Below, piece by piece: positions 49,127-61,652 of a DNA stretch of 64,000 nt. How positions within the stretch are numbered: position 1 is the first letter of the stretch; each line of letters starts with the position of its first letter. Source of the DNA: an uncultured delta proteobacterium (GTDB lineage: Bacteria; Desulfobacterota; Desulfuromonadia; Desulfuromonadales; JACZKF01); contig CAWFKQ010000007.1 in assembly GCA_963816395.1 (NCBI GenBank), forward strand, positions 1 to 64,000. The letters are read 5' to 3'. A model generated the notes under the pieces. That model searched no databases, had not been told where the DNA came from, and saw only the letters and a list, made by a program, of their open reading frames with translations. The position numbers and the translations under genes were made by a program.

Positions 49127-50272
49127 GGCCGTCCTCCCGGCACCAGCCCGTGCATCGGCAGAAGCCGCCGCTCAAGGCTCGCCAGGGTGAGGTCGAGGGC
49201 AGCCTGGGCGCGGGCGAAATCATCGGGGTGGGCCAGCCGGGGAGAGTCCCGCAAAAGCCTGACCGGCCGCCCGAGAGCCCGCGCCGTCTCGACAAAGCCG
49301 GCGGGAAGCAGGTCGGGGACCGCCTGCTGCAGGGCGGCCGCCCAGATCAGGGTCCAGGCGCGAGCGACATTGATCTTGTCGTAGCCGCCGCCGCCCAGGG
49401 CAACCCAGGGGATCCCGCTCTGCAGAAAGGCGCGGGCGGCGAATTCGAGGGCGCTGGTGGTCAGCTCCAGGCGGGTCAGGGGATCGGTACGCAGGGCGTC
49501 CACCCCGAGTTGCGTGACCAGCACGTCGGGGCGGAAGACCTGCAGCAGCGGCAGCACGATCCGCCGGAAAGCCTGCTCGAAAATCAGGTCGTCGGAATGC
49601 GGCGCGAAGGGCACGTTTACCGCATAGCCGTAACCTTTTCCCCGCCCCATCTCCCGGGTGAAACCGGTTTGGGGAAAGAAATCCTTCCCCGACTCGTGCA
49701 GAGAGATGGTGAGCACCCGGTCGGTATCGTAGAACGCCTCCTGCACCCCATCCCCATGGTGGGCGTCGATGTCCACATAGGCAACCCGCAGTCCGCGTCC
49801 CACCAGTTCCTGGATGGCGATCACCGCATCATTGAGGTAGCTGAACCCGGAAGCACGGGCGGCGTGGGCATGATGCCAGCCGCCTGCCATGTTGAAAGCC
49901 ATCCGGTATCCCTCATCCACTACCAGCCGTACCGCCTCCAGGGTCCCGCCGCAGACCAGCCGGGACCAATCGTAGAGTCCGGGGAAAACCGGATTTTCGA
50001 CGTCGCCGAGGCCATAAAGGAAGTTGGCCCGGCCAACCGCATCCTGGCTGAATTCCCGCAGTGTATCGAGATAGTCCTGCCGGTGGAAGGAAGAGAGCGC
50101 GGCTTCCGGCGCGTAATGGGCAGTCAACCACCCGGACTGGGGGAGAAAGCAGGCCGAGTTCCCGCACCAGCTCGAAGGTCAGGCGGTAGCGCTGGACCTT
50201 GAAGGGATGCTCCGTGCCGTACGAATATTCGCTGAAGCGAGGTGAATAGATGAGGGCGAAAAGGGGGGTCAT
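49123..50272 (-). CDS. acuC: AcuC / histone deacetylase family protein (frameshift near 50113)
   Basis: HPFK..R, GGWHHA...ASGF, DIDAHHGDGV, SLHE, GGGGY. Confidence 0.9.
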
Positions 50273-51950
50273 GGCAGCGGCGATTTCCGCCTCGGCTGCC
50301 GGCCTGGCGGGAGTCATCCCGGCCCCGGTATCTTCCGGCATAAGGGTCCCCTCCCCCTTCCGCACCTCCGCCCGCGGCTCGCCGACGAACCGGATCGGCA
50401 GGCGGATCTGGAAGACCGTACCCACCCCCGGTTCGCTCTCCACCTCGATCCGGCCGCCGTGGTTTTCGATGATGCCGTAGGACACGGAGAGACCCAGGCC
50501 GGTGCCCTGATGCCCCTTGGTGGAGAAGAAGGGGTCGAAGATTTTCTCGAGGTTTTCCGGGGGGATGCCGCAGCCGGTATCGCCGATCCAGATGAAGACC
50601 TCCTCGGTTTGCGGGTCGACCCCGGTCTGGATGGTCAGTTTTCCCCCTTCCGGCATCGCCTGGCTGGCGTTGACCAGGATATTGAGAAAAACCTGCTGGA
50701 TCTGGGCGGAATCCATGGGGATCGCCGGAATTTGCGGATCATAGAGGCGGGTGATCTGGATATTGTGAAAATAGGCCTGGTTTTCCACCAGGGCCAGGCT
50801 GAAATCCATGACCCGGTTCACCGAACCCGGCGTCTTGTCCGGCAGCGACTCGCGGGAGAAATTGAGCAGCTCGCGAACGATATTGCTGCAGCGGTGGGTT
50901 TCCCGAACGATAATGGCGAGATCCCCCTGCAGGCCCGGATCGAGACGGGTGTCGCGAGCCAGCAGGGAGGCGTACATCAGAATTCCGGTCAGGGGGTTGT
51001 TGATCTCATGGGCGATGCCGGCCACCAGTTCCCCCAGGGAGGCGAGTTTCTCCGCCCGGATCAGCTCCGATTGTATCTCCTTGATCTTCCGGGTCCTCTC
51101 CGCCACCTTTGGATTCCAGGGTGCCGGTCCATGCCTCCAATTCTTCTCGTGCCTTCTGCAATTTGGCAGTCATGTCGTTGAAGGCTTCGGCCAATTCCCC
51201 GATCTCGTCGTGGGTGGGTGTTTCGATCCGGGTCCATTCTCCCCTGGCGAGCGCCCGGGTATGGCGCAGGAGCATCTTCACCGGTCGATGCACCAGCGCC
51301 TTGGTCTGCAGCGAGAGGCAGAGGCAGATGGTGAACAGGAGGATAAACGTCTCCAGAATCAGATCGTTGCGATAATTGTGCAGGGCGGTGCGCATATCCG
51401 CCAGGGAAACGCTGACGTCGAGAATGCCCAGCAATTTGGTACCGGCGGGATGGAAGTGGCAGGCGGCGCTGGCGCAGATCTCCTGATTATAGATCGCCTT
51501 CACCATACCCAGCACTTCCTCGCCGGCATCGTTGGAAAACAGACGGCTGCGGTTCATGGATGTGGCATGGGTCAGGGTGGCCTTGTCGGTGTGGCACATC
51601 TTGCAGGCACTGTCCGTTTCCTTGTTGAGAACCAGGCCGGACTCCTGCCGACGGGTGGAGAAGATGATTTCCCCATCTTTGTTGATCAGGCGGATCAATT
51701 CGATCCCCCGCTGGCTGCCGACCTCTTCGATCATCCGGTAGACCCGGTTGCGATCGTCTTCCAGCATCTGGTAATGAGTGGTGCGGATGATGGTTTCGCT
51801 CAGATTGTCGACTTCGGCGATAGACTTTTCCAGAATCACCTGCTTCAGGGTACGCAGATTGAAGAAAGCGAAACCCTGCATCGCCAGCAACAGGGTCAGG
51901 CTGGTGACCAGGATCAGCTTGGTGATGAGGTTCGGGCGAAAGGCTCGCAA
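50273..51950 (-). CDS. Heme c sensor histidine kinase (frameshift near 51108; 3' end runs in frame into acuC)
   Basis: CKMCH and CASAACH periplasmic motifs, HAMP, GIAHEINNPL, DPFFSTK...GTGLGL; end coordinate approximate. Confidence 0.85.
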
Positions 51951-52055
51951 GGGGGGCCTCCGGCAGCGGGTGTTCCGGCCGAAGTGCCGGTAAGGACTCT
52001 ACTTTAACAGAGCCGGAGGTGGTCGGCAAGGGATCGCAGAAAAGGTAGTGAAATA

Positions 52056-52103
52056 GAAAGGGCGGAGTTGCCTCCGCCCTTTCTGCCACCCCTCGGGGTG
52101 GCA
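52056..52103. terminator. Two hairpins downstream of tRNA-Glu
   Basis: GAAAGGGCGGAG/CTCCGCCCTTTC and TGCCACCCC/GGGGTGGCA. Confidence 0.7.
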
Positions 52104-52108
52104 TGAAT

Positions 52109-52184
<76 letters not shown>

Positions 52185-52230
52185 CTTGCTATCGTGAACG
52201 GAACGGCCAGGCGGCCATTCCGTTGAAAAC

Positions 52231-52306
52231 TGGCTGGGGTGCTAGGATTCGAACCTAGGAAATGACGGAGTCAGAGTCCGTTGCCTTACCGCTTGGCTAC
52301 ACCCCA
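52231..52306 (-). tRNA. tRNA-Gln(CTG)
   Basis: TGGGGTG...ACGGA-CT-CTG-AC-TCCGT...GGTTCGAATCC...CACCCCA-G-CCA. Confidence 0.96.
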
Positions 52307-52319
52307 AAAGCGGAGCAAA

Positions 52320-52348
52320 TTACTAGCAGATATCGTTGACCTAGTCAA
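52320..52348 (-). promoter_or_regulatory. sigma70 promoter of the tRNA-Gln/Glu pair
   Basis: TTGACT-17 nt-TAGTAA. Confidence 0.65.
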
Positions 52349-52398
52349 GGGGAAACTTCCCCGGGGAAAAAGTCGCCGAGTGCGGCAGTAACGTCCGT

Positions 52399-54553
52399 CT
52401 ACCCTTTGAGCTTAAGGGGTTCTGCCTGATAAGCAGTGTAGTACTGGCTGTGATAGTAGTAATCACTCTTGCGCTGATCGAGGGCATTGACGACAAACCC
52501 AGAATCGGCGCCTTGACTCCGCGCAGCAGCTTGAGGGACCTGCCGGCGATTTCATAGGTGGTCTTGTGGGCCTTGGTGACCACCACGGTGCCGTGGAACA
52601 GGCGGCTGAGGATGCGCGAATCCTCCACCGCCAGCAGCGGCGGCGAATCGCACACGATGATATCGAATTTCTCCTCCAGCAGGCGCAGCAGCTCCTTCAT
52701 GCGGCTGGACATGAGCAATTCGGAAGGGTTGGGGGGGATCGGCCCGGAGGACAGCACGGAGAGGTTGGGCAGTGGTCCGGGTTGCAGCGCCTGGGCAAGG
52801 GACTGCGCATCGGGGTTACAGGTAAGGAGACGGCTCAGGCCGTTGCGGTTACCCAGCCGGAAAATGTCGTGCAGCCGTGGCTTGCGCAGGTCGCCGTCGA
52901 TCAGCACCACGCGGTATTCCGCCTGGGCCATGGCCAGCGCCAGATTGGCGGCCGTGGAGGTTTTCCCCTCACCGGGGAGGGAACTGGTGATGAGGAAACG
53001 CCGCGGCAGTTTGCTGCCGGCCAGCAGAGAAGTCCGCAGGCTCTTGTAACTCTCGGCGACTGCCGACAGCGGATCTTCGAGCACGATCCTTTCCACCTGC
53101 TCCCGGCCGCGCAGCAGCGAGACCGTTCCCAGTACCGGGGTCTGGAAGACCGTCTCCGTATCGTCCGGATCGCGGATGGTGTTGTCGAGATATTCCCGGA
53201 AAAAGGCCATGCCGAGTCCGCCGAAAAGGCCGAGCACGAGACCGAGGGAGAGGTTCAGTGACCTTCATCGGCTTGGCCGGAACGAGGGGGATTCCGGCTT
53301 TTTCCACGACCCAGAGCTTGACCGACTGGCTCTCGCCGGTAATACCCTCTTCATTCATCTTCAGCATCAGGGCATCGAACAGTTTGCGGTTGGTCCCGAC
53401 CTCCCCCTGCATGGTCTGGAATTTAACGAATTTCTCGTTGGCCCGCAGCGCCTCCTCTTTCGTCTGCGCCATCTGCGCCCGCAGGTTTTTCTCGTTGGCC
53501 AGGGCAAGTTCATAGTCGTTGCGGATGGAACGGACGATGCGGTTGATCTCCTGATTCTTCTTCTTCTTGAGAATCTCCAGGTCCCCCTCGGCTTTGAGCA
53601 TGGCCGGATGTTTCGGGCCATATTTGCCGGACAACTCCAGGATGCTTCTTCTCCGCCATCACGATCTGCGCCCGCAGGCTCTGCAGCGCCTGGTCGGAAA
53701 GGACCTGGCTCACCGATTCGGCGGCTTCGGGATCGGTCGCCACCCGTCCCACTTTTGCGGTCAGCACTTCCAGTTCCTTCCGGCGGGCCTCGGCGCTGAC
53801 CAGTTCGGTGGCGATCCGGGAGAGTTTTTCGGGAATCACCGCGAGGCGGTTCTCCAGCGTTAGCATATCGTTCTTTTCAATGTAATCCTGCAGCCCCTGC
53901 TCACCCTTCTTGAGCTTCTGCTCCTCCCCCGCCGCTTTCTGGTTCATGTATTTGACCGAGCTGCGGGAGGTTTCCGCCTTCATCCGGTTGATTTCTTCCA
54001 TATAGGCGTCAACCGTATGATTGACCACCAGGGAGGCGAGATGAGGCTCGGGCGATTCGAAGCTGATCATGACCAGCCGGCTGTTCTCCACCGGCCGGAC
54101 CTTGAGTCCCCTCGCTGATCGATTGGGCCAGCCGATCGTCCGGGTCGGTTGCTGCCTCGGGTTCATCCTTCGGATCCATCCCGACCAATGATTTCACCCA
54201 GGCCACTGGGTGAAACCGGTCCTTATCGTCGGTTGCCGGCAGCAGGGAGAGGACATCTTCCTTCTCCCCGCGCAGCATCTCCACTACCCGGTTGGCGACG
54301 ACCCGGCTTTTAATCACCTGGTACTGGGTCTCGAAGAATTCCGGGTCCCACCGTGTCACACGGCTGCGATCGGTGAGCGTCGTCCGGATCACTGCGGTCG
54401 ATGACGACCTTGGTTTTCGCCTCGTAAACCGGCGTGGCTGGTGAAGGTCACCAGCGCCGCTCCGGCCACGGAGAGGAAAAAGACCAGGAAAAACGCGACA
54501 CGGTTCTTGCGCACAATGCGGTAAATATCCCTGAGATGCAGCTGCTGTTGCAT
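52399..54553 (-). CDS. wzc: Polysaccharide co-polymerase / tyrosine autokinase (several frameshifts)
   Basis: MQQQLHLRDIYRIV start, YGPKHP, ESYKSLRT, PGEGKT, DLRKP, DSPP; Tyr-rich tail DYYYHSQYYTAY ends at 52399. Confidence 0.88.
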
Positions 54554-54586
54554 ATCTGTCTTCCTTCATGGATAGATGCGGAGGGA

Positions 54587-55383
54587 TCAGAAGAAACTCT
54601 CGGGAACGACGATCACGTCGTTGGCCTTAACCTCCTGATGCATGGGGACGTTCTTGAGGACCTGCTCGGCGCCGTTCACCTTGCGGATGATCCGGACCTT
54701 TCCCTTCGATGCCAGATCGGTAAAACCGCCGGCCTTGGTAATGGCGGTGATCACGGTGGTGTCCGACTCCAGCTTATAGGAATTCGGCTTGTTGACCTGG
54801 CCGGTGACGTAAAAAACGCCGGCCTGATTGACCAGGATGCTGTCACCGTCCCGGATTTCCACATCCAGCGCGGCATCGCCGCGCTCCATGAGCGTCTGCA
54901 GATTGACCTTGATGATTTCTTCCCCCCGGAGCTGTTCGCCCGGCGCTTGATGGTCACGGTGTCATCGGCATCCGGAGTCACCCCGCCCGCCTTGGAGATG
55001 AGCTGCAGCAGGGTGGTATGTCCGCTGAGTTCATACAGGCCCGGGGTTTTAACCTGCCCCATGATGACGGCTTTCTGGCTGCGGAATTCTTCCACGAAGA
55101 CGGAGACCTGGGGGTTGATCAGGTAACCGGCGGCCAGGCGGCCGGCGATCACCTCCGCCGCTCGGCCGACGGACAGGCCGCCGATCGATATCGAGCCGAT
55201 CAGCGGGAAAGGGATGGTGCCGTCGGTGTTCACCCGGGCCCGGGTTTCCAGGTCGGGATTGTCGTACACCGTAACGCGAACGATATCCCCGGCTCCCACC
55301 CGATAGTGGGCATCGGCGGTTTCGCCCCAGGCGGCGCTCAGGGTGAACCAGCTGACAAGAAGAATTAAAGCGAGGTACTTCAT
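54587..55383 (-). CDS. wza: Polysaccharide export protein (Poly_export + SLBB); frameshift near 54915
   Basis: YRVGAGDIV.V.V, DG.I.FPLIG, G.V..PG.Y, AGG, D.I.VPESFF. Confidence 0.85.
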
Positions 55384-55410
55384 TTTTCCGTCCTTCCCTG
55401 CATCGCGGTG

Positions 55411-56768
55411 CTATAGCGCCGCGGTAATGGTCAGATAGACTGTGTTGTTGGTGTAATCGAAATTGTCGAAATTCGAATTCCGATCCAGATAAATGTACCC
55501 GAGCCCGAAATTGAGCCAGGGGCGAAACAGGTAGCCTAAACCGACCCGGGCGCCATAGTTGTCGTCCGTCCGCTCGCCCGTCTCACCATTGCTGGTGATA
55601 TCTCCCTGGTAGGCTTCCCGGGTGTAGTTGAGGTCGACCGCTGCCGTCCAGCGGGGTGCCAACCTCTGCCGATAGCCGAGCAGCAGCCGATGCGACAGGA
55701 TGGAGCTGGTGTCGGCGATGTCGGTCTCTTCGACCCGGCGGGTGAACTGGAGATAGGCCGAGGTCTTCGGGGTGAAGCGGTGGTCCAGGCGGGCCTCGCC
55801 GATGAGATCGTTCCGGTTGTCTCCCTGGTCGACCTCCCGCAGTCCGTAGCCGACTTTGACGGTTCCGCGCGACTTGCTGGTGATATCCCAGAGGATGCCA
55901 GTCAGGAAAGTGGTGCTCCGTGCTGTCGGACAGGATATTTTCCCGATAATCGATATTGATGTAAGTCGTACTGCAGCAGGGCCGACGTTTTCGGCAGCAC
56001 GCGGTGGAACAGGAACAGGGAAGCGACCAGGTCGTCACGCTCGCGGAAACCGTTCCTTGCCGATTGTCGTATTCCAGGCTGTAGTGGGAGATATCGGCGC
56101 GCACCCGGGTTTTCGGGGTGATCCGGTAATTGGCCAGGAACTGGACGAGATTGGAGGTAAACTTGTCCAGTTTACGCGGGTTCTGGGCCCGTGCCATACG
56201 GGTCGTGGTCGATCTGGAAGATATCCAGCAGTTCGAGGGACAACCCGCCACGAAAATTCACGTTGAGCAATCCCTCGGCCCGTTGATAAACGTTGTCGTC
56301 CTCGGAGAAATGGGCGTGTTCGGTTGATATCCGCCCGGTACAAGTCCATACCCCTGGAAACGCCGCCGCACCTCCATCGGGAAACGGGTGACCTCCAACC
56401 CTCCCGGAGCGGAGTTATATGTCGTCACCTGCAGCGGCTGGCGGTTGCTGGCGGGAAAGGAAGCCCAGAGGCCGGGCGAAATGACTGTTATCCAGTCATC
56501 CTCTTCGTTATCCGGTACGTTGAACAGGTTGTCGGTATAGTACTCCCCCACCGAGAGGAAGGGATGCAGGTAGCCGGTCCGGCCGCCGAAAAGCTCCCCC
56601 ATCCCCGCCTGCTCGGCTAAGGTAGGAAGGGAGGTAACCGACTTCGGCCAGGTCCGTCGCTACCGCTTCGACCGGATTTCCCGCGTCCGTCTCGGCCGCC
56701 TGGGGTTGCGTCAGGCAGAGGAGGGTCACTATCAATGCCGCTATGCCGACTCCAATAAATCTCTCCAT
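55411..56768 (-). CDS. EPS-associated outer-membrane beta-barrel protein (several frameshifts)
   Basis: Signal peptide; LHPFLSVGEYYTDN; C-terminal GY.Y.DRNSN...DY.NN strands; cluster context. Confidence 0.75.
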
Positions 56769-56802
56769 GCTTCCTTTCATTCCAATTAAATATATATTTA
56801 TC

Positions 56803-56832
56803 TTCATAACAGAGGACCGTACGGGTTGTCAA
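56803..56832 (-). promoter_or_regulatory. Possible internal sigma70 promoter
   Basis: TTGACA-18 nt-TATGAA with TGn extension. Confidence 0.4.
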
Positions 56833-56953
56833 TGGACACAACCGGAAATGTCCCCGTTTCAACCGGTAGGCGCGACGGATTCGATCCCGACTCGGCACAT
56901 GGGTGGGCTGCAGGCGCAGACGCTCTGCAGGCTCCCGCACCCGTGGCGGGGAG

Positions 56954-58795
56954 TTAGAGTCGGAATTCGGGAACGATTTCCCGCAACTGGTGAGCACCTG
57001 CTCCGGATTCCCCCTCTGGACAGCCTGAGCCAGTCGCTCCAGGCGGCTGCCGAGGAGATCGAAATTACAGGGGGTCGAGCGGGCAACCCTGATTTTCGCA
57101 TGGCACGTCGGCAGGATCCCTTCACCGGCCAGCAAAAGCTCCTCATGGAGTTTTTCCCCAGGTCGAAGCCCGGTAAACACGATCCGGATATCCTGGTGCA
57201 CCCGCAGTCCCGACAGGCGGATCATCTCCTCGGCCAGCTGAACGATCTTCACCGGCTCCCCCATATCGAGCAGGAAGATTTCCCCACCTTTTCCCATGCT
57301 GCCGGCCTGAAGAACCAGCTGCACCGCCTCCGGAATGGTCATGAAAAAACGGGTCACCTCCGGATGGGTGACGGTTATCGGCCCGCCCCGCTCGATCTGC
57401 CGCCGGAAAATCGGCACCACGCTGCCGTTGCTGCCGAGGACATTGCCGAAGCGCACCGTCACCAGGTGGGTGGCGCTGCGCCGGGCCAGCGCCTGGACGT
57501 AGAGCTCGGCCGCCCGCTTGCTGGCGCCCATGGCATTGGTCGGATTCACGGCCTTGTCGGTGGAGACCATGACGAACTTCTCCGCCCCGAACTCATCGGC
57601 GGCTTCGACGAGGACGCGCGTGCCTAAGACATTATTGCCGATCGCCTCGACCGGATTGCACTCGGACATCGGCACATGTTTGTAAGCCGCGGCATGAAAA
57701 ATCACCTGCGGGCCGCCACTTCGCGAACAGTGCCCGGATGCTGCCACGGTTGCGGATATCGCCAAGCTTAGGCACCAGGTCCAGGCCGGGCCAGACTTCC
57801 CGCAGCTCATTTTCGATTTCGAACAGCGGGGTTTCGGCATGATCGAAGAGAATGAGCTGGGCGGGGTCGAAAGGGGTGATCTGGCGGCAGATCTCGCTGC
57901 CGATGCTGCCGGCGGCTCCGGTCACCAGGATCCGTTTCCCCGCCAGGTAATTACGGATCCCTTCGATATCGAGGTGAACCTGGGGACGCCCGAGCAGATC
58001 CTCGACCTGCACATCCCTGATCTGGCGAATCGACACTTCGCCGCTGAGGATGGTGCCGACGGCAGGCAGGATTTTGGACTGGACACCAGCCCGCCGGCAG
58101 GTCTCGACGATCTTCTGCAGGGTTCGCGAGCCCACCGCGGTCTGAGCGATGATGACCTGATCGATCCGTTCCCGCGCAAGGATGCGGGGAAGGTCACGGG
58201 GCGTACCGAGTACCGGTATCCCCTGGAACGACATCTTCTGCCGCTCGGGGTCGGAATCGATCAGGCCCGCCACCGACATTTTCAGGTGCGGGTTCTGATG
58301 GATCTCCCGGACGAAGGTCTGACCGACGCCACCGGCCCCGACCACCAGGACCGTCTGGTGTTCCCGCAGCCCTTTGCGCAAAGTCTCGATCTTTTCGCGG
58401 AGCATCCTGGCGCTGACCCGCACCCCGCCCATCAGCAGAAAGCAGATCATCCCGTCGAGAATCAGCACCGAGCGTGGGAAATAGCTGAAGCGATAGGCGG
58501 CAACGGCCATGGGCGCGAAAACGACCGAGCCGAAAGCGCTGGCTCGCAGGACCACCAGCAGATCCGGAAGGGAAACATAACGCCACCAGCCGGAGAAAAG
58601 CCCCATCCGCCAGAAAATCGCCAGCTTGATGACGATGAGCGGCGGGACCAGCCAGAGGGCCGCCTGCAGATAGTTTTCGGGAATCGACAGATCAAAGCGC
58701 AGCAGGTAAGCCATGGCAAAGGAACTGAGGACGATCAGCACCTGGATGATCAGGATGACGCATTTCCGGCTGCCGTTGTTCAGGAGCATTTCCAT
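56954..58795 (-). CDS. Nucleoside-diphosphate sugar 4,6-dehydratase (CapD/PglF family); frameshifts near 57712 and 56990
   Basis: N-terminal TMs, GAAGSIGSE, FHAAAYKHVP, STDKAVNP, RFGNVLGS, GLRPGEKL. Confidence 0.92.
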
Positions 58796-58834
58796 TCGTC
58801 GGATCCTGTAGTAAGAGCCGTAATCCCGAAATCC

Positions 58835-60059
58835 TTATCGGGTAGCCTGGGCCAGGACCTTGGCAACCGCTACGCCGGTCCGTTCCAGGTCGACATCGGC
58901 AAGGGTGGGATGGACCAGGAACATCAGGCTGCTCTCCCCCAGGGCGCGCGCCACCGGCAGGCGCTCGCCTGGCGAAAAGCACCCGGCGAAAGCCTTTTCC
59001 AGGTAAATTTCGCTGCAACTGCCGCTGAAGCAGGGAATCCCCTCGGCTTGTACGGCAGCCATTATCCGGTCACGATCCCACCCCGGACGAAGGCGTTCGG
59101 GGCGCAGGAACGCGTAAAATTTGTAGTAAGAATGAAAAATTTCGGCAGGCGGCTGGGGGACTCGCAAGGCCGGGCAGCCGACGAAAAGCCGCGGTCAGCT
59201 GCGCGGCATTCCGCCGCCGGATCACCACCCATCCGGGAAGCTGATCGAGCATGACCCGACCGATAGCCGCCTGCATTTCGGTCATCCGCCAGTTGGTGCC
59301 GAAGGACTTCATGCAGCCAGCGGAAACCGGCAGGATGCGGCTGGCGGTGAACAGGCCTCGTAGCTCTTGCCGTGATCCTTGAAGGCCCAGGCCCTCTCCC
59401 AGAGCTCGGGGTCGCTGGTCGTCAGCATCCCTCCCTCGCCGCCGGTGGTCATGATCTTGTCCTGGCAGAAGGAAAAGGCGGCCGCATCGGCCCAGCGAGC
59501 CGACCGGCCTTCCCTTGTAGCTGGCGCCATGCGCCTGGGCGCAGTCCTCGATCACCTTGAGCCCATGCTCGCGGGCCAGCGCCATGATCGGATCCATGTC
59601 GCAGGGCCAGCCGGCCAGGTGCACGGCGATGATCGCTCGGGTGCGCGGTGAGAGCCGGCGGCGGATGGTGTCGGCCGTCAGGTTCTGGCTGTCCGGATCG
59701 ACATCGGCGATGACCGGCACCGCGCCGCGCATGACCACGCAGCTGGCGGAGGCGATAAAGGTCCGGCTGGTGGTGATGACTTCATCGCCGGGCCCGATCC
59801 CCAGGGCCTGCAGGGCCAGTTCCAGGGCGACCGTGCCGTTGGCCACCGCCATGGCATGGGTGGTGCCGACGAAGCTGGCGAATTCCGTCTCGAATTGCCG
59901 CCCCTCCTCCCCCGTCCAGTAATTCACCCGCCCCGATTGCAGAACTCTGATCGCGGCCGAAATTTCCCTTTCGCCGAAGACCGGCCAGGGAGCAAATGAC
60001 GGGGAGGGGGGGGCAATAGGCTGCTGCAGGGGAACATGGGCCGCATTGGGCAGGGTCAT
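58835..60059 (-). CDS. DegT/DnrJ/EryC1/StrS sugar aminotransferase (frameshifted)
   Basis: ANGTVAL, IEDCAQAHG, FSFCQDKIMTTGGEGG, GTNWRMTE. Confidence 0.9.
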
Positions 60060-60358
60060 AATGGTATTCTCTACATTAATTTATTTTATTTTTTACATTC
60101 CTCCCTATCATTCCAAAACTCGGACTGAAATCAATTGGCGGAAAGTTGTAATTCCGAAATTTATTTTTCTATATCAAGGTCTTATAATCTTTTAAAACTT
60201 TAGTTAATTCATGAAAGGCAGGGGGAATTCTCTTGAGGTGGGGTTCCAGGGTTCGAGGGCTCGGAAGGAAAAAATCGGCGAAAATAGAGAACTTCCCCGG
60301 CCGACCATCCAACCGGCTGCTTCGACCAAGGAAGGGTAGACCGGGTTTCCGGGTGATT

Positions 60359-61042
60359 TCAGATCGAGGGAAAGGTCATGGTCCGGCCGGCTGCTCTCCC
60401 CTGGCGTTCCCGATCCAGGTCGGTCTCCGCCGTATCCGTATCGGCGGCCACCCCTTCCCGCCGCAGGACTTTCCAGACGGTCAGGACGAGAATACGCAGG
60501 TCGAGAGCGATCGACCAATTTTCGACATACCAGACGTCAAGCGCCAGCCGCTCATCCCAGGGGAGATAATTGCGGCCGTTGATCTGCGCCCAGCCGGTGA
60601 GCCCGGGCGGGACGGCATGCCGCAGCCGCTCCCTGGCGGTGAAATAGGGTAGGTACTGCAGCAGCAGGGGGCGGGGGCCGACCAGGCTGAGGTCGCCCCG
60701 CAGGATGTTGAACAGCTCCGGCAGCTCGTCCAGGCTCGTTTCCCGCAGAAATCGTCCCAGCCGCGTCAGCCGCTCCCCATCCGGAAGCAGTTCGCCGCGC
60801 TCGTTGCGGGCGTCGGTCATCGTCCGGAACTTGAAGAGCGTGAACGGTTTTTCGTCTTTCCCGGGGCGCCGCTGGCGGAACAGCACCGGGGTGCCGAGAC
60901 GCAGCCGCACCAGTATGGCGATCATTGCCGTCAGGGGGAGCAGGACCACGCAAGCGGGGAGGACAAGGATCAGATCCAGTACCCGTTTCCCTGACTGACG
61001 CCGATGGCCGGCGGACTCACTCCTTGGCCCGAACCGTTTCAT
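60359..61042 (-). CDS. Undecaprenyl-phosphate sugar phosphotransferase (PglC-like)
   Basis: KR.LD, FRQ.RPG, KFRTM, SLDELP, SLVGPRP, PG.TGWAQINGR; start uncertain. Confidence 0.92.
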   Translation of the reverse strand: MKRFGPRSESAGHRRQSGKRVLDLILVLPACVVLLPLTAMIAILVRLRLGTPVLFRQRRPGKDEKPFTLFKFRTMTDARNERGELLPDGERLTRLGRFLRETSLDELPELFNILRGDLSLVGPRPLLLQYLPYFTARERLRHAVPPGLTGWAQINGRNYLPWDERLALDVWYVENWSIALDLRILVLTVWKVLRREGVAADTDTAETDLDRERQGRAAGRTMTFPSI

Positions 61043-61652
61043 GGAATATAAACCTCCGCACGATCCAGCGCGGCAGCTCGCGGTAACCGGCCATCCGGTG
61101 CATCCACAAGGCGGGCGTGTTATGGGCGACGAAGCAGCCGTAAGCCTTATGCATCCCCTTTTCCCGCATGCGCTGCAGCACGCTGCCAAGGAAATAGGCC
61201 GTCAGACCGCCGCCGCGCTGGTCGGGATTGACCTGCAGGTCAAACATATAAATTTCATCGTCGGCCAACTCGATGCCGAACCATTGCAGGTGGGGGTGGA
61301 TCGTGGAAGACCGGGCGGTTTTCCGGGTGACGTACCAGACGTCCCCGATCACCTCGCCGTCCCGGACCATGGCGAGCAACCGATAGCCGCGCCGGAAGTA
61401 ATGGGGCATCCGCTCCCGGCGGCTGCGCACCGGAAAGCGCAGACGCACGGATTGGAAATTCTCCGGGCCTATTTCCACCAGGGGGAGGGGGCCTCCCGAC
61501 GGTGCCCGTACCGGGCGGAGGGAGGTCAGGTCCTTCTCCGTCGGTACCATCTCTTCGTATTTGTAGCAGCTGATCCGGCAGGCCGAGAGAAATCCCTGCT
61601 GCCGCGAATGTTCAAGGAACTGAAAGTACCGGGTCCGCAACTGCGAGAGCAT
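61017..61652 (-). CDS. GNAT family N-acyltransferase
   Basis: V.PDQRGGGL and HNTPAL....AGY; RBS GAGGAGG before ATG 61652. Confidence 0.8.
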   Translation of the reverse strand: MLSQLRTRYFQFLEHSRQQGFLSACRISCYKYEEMVPTEKDLTSLRPVRAPSGGPLPLVEIGPENFQSVRLRFPVRSRRERMPHYFRRGYRLLAMVRDGEVIGDVWYVTRKTARSSTIHPHLQWFGIELADDEIYMFDLQVNPDQRGGGLTAYFLGSVLQRMREKGMHKAYGCFVAHNTPALWMHRMAGYRELPRWIVRRFIFHETVRAKE

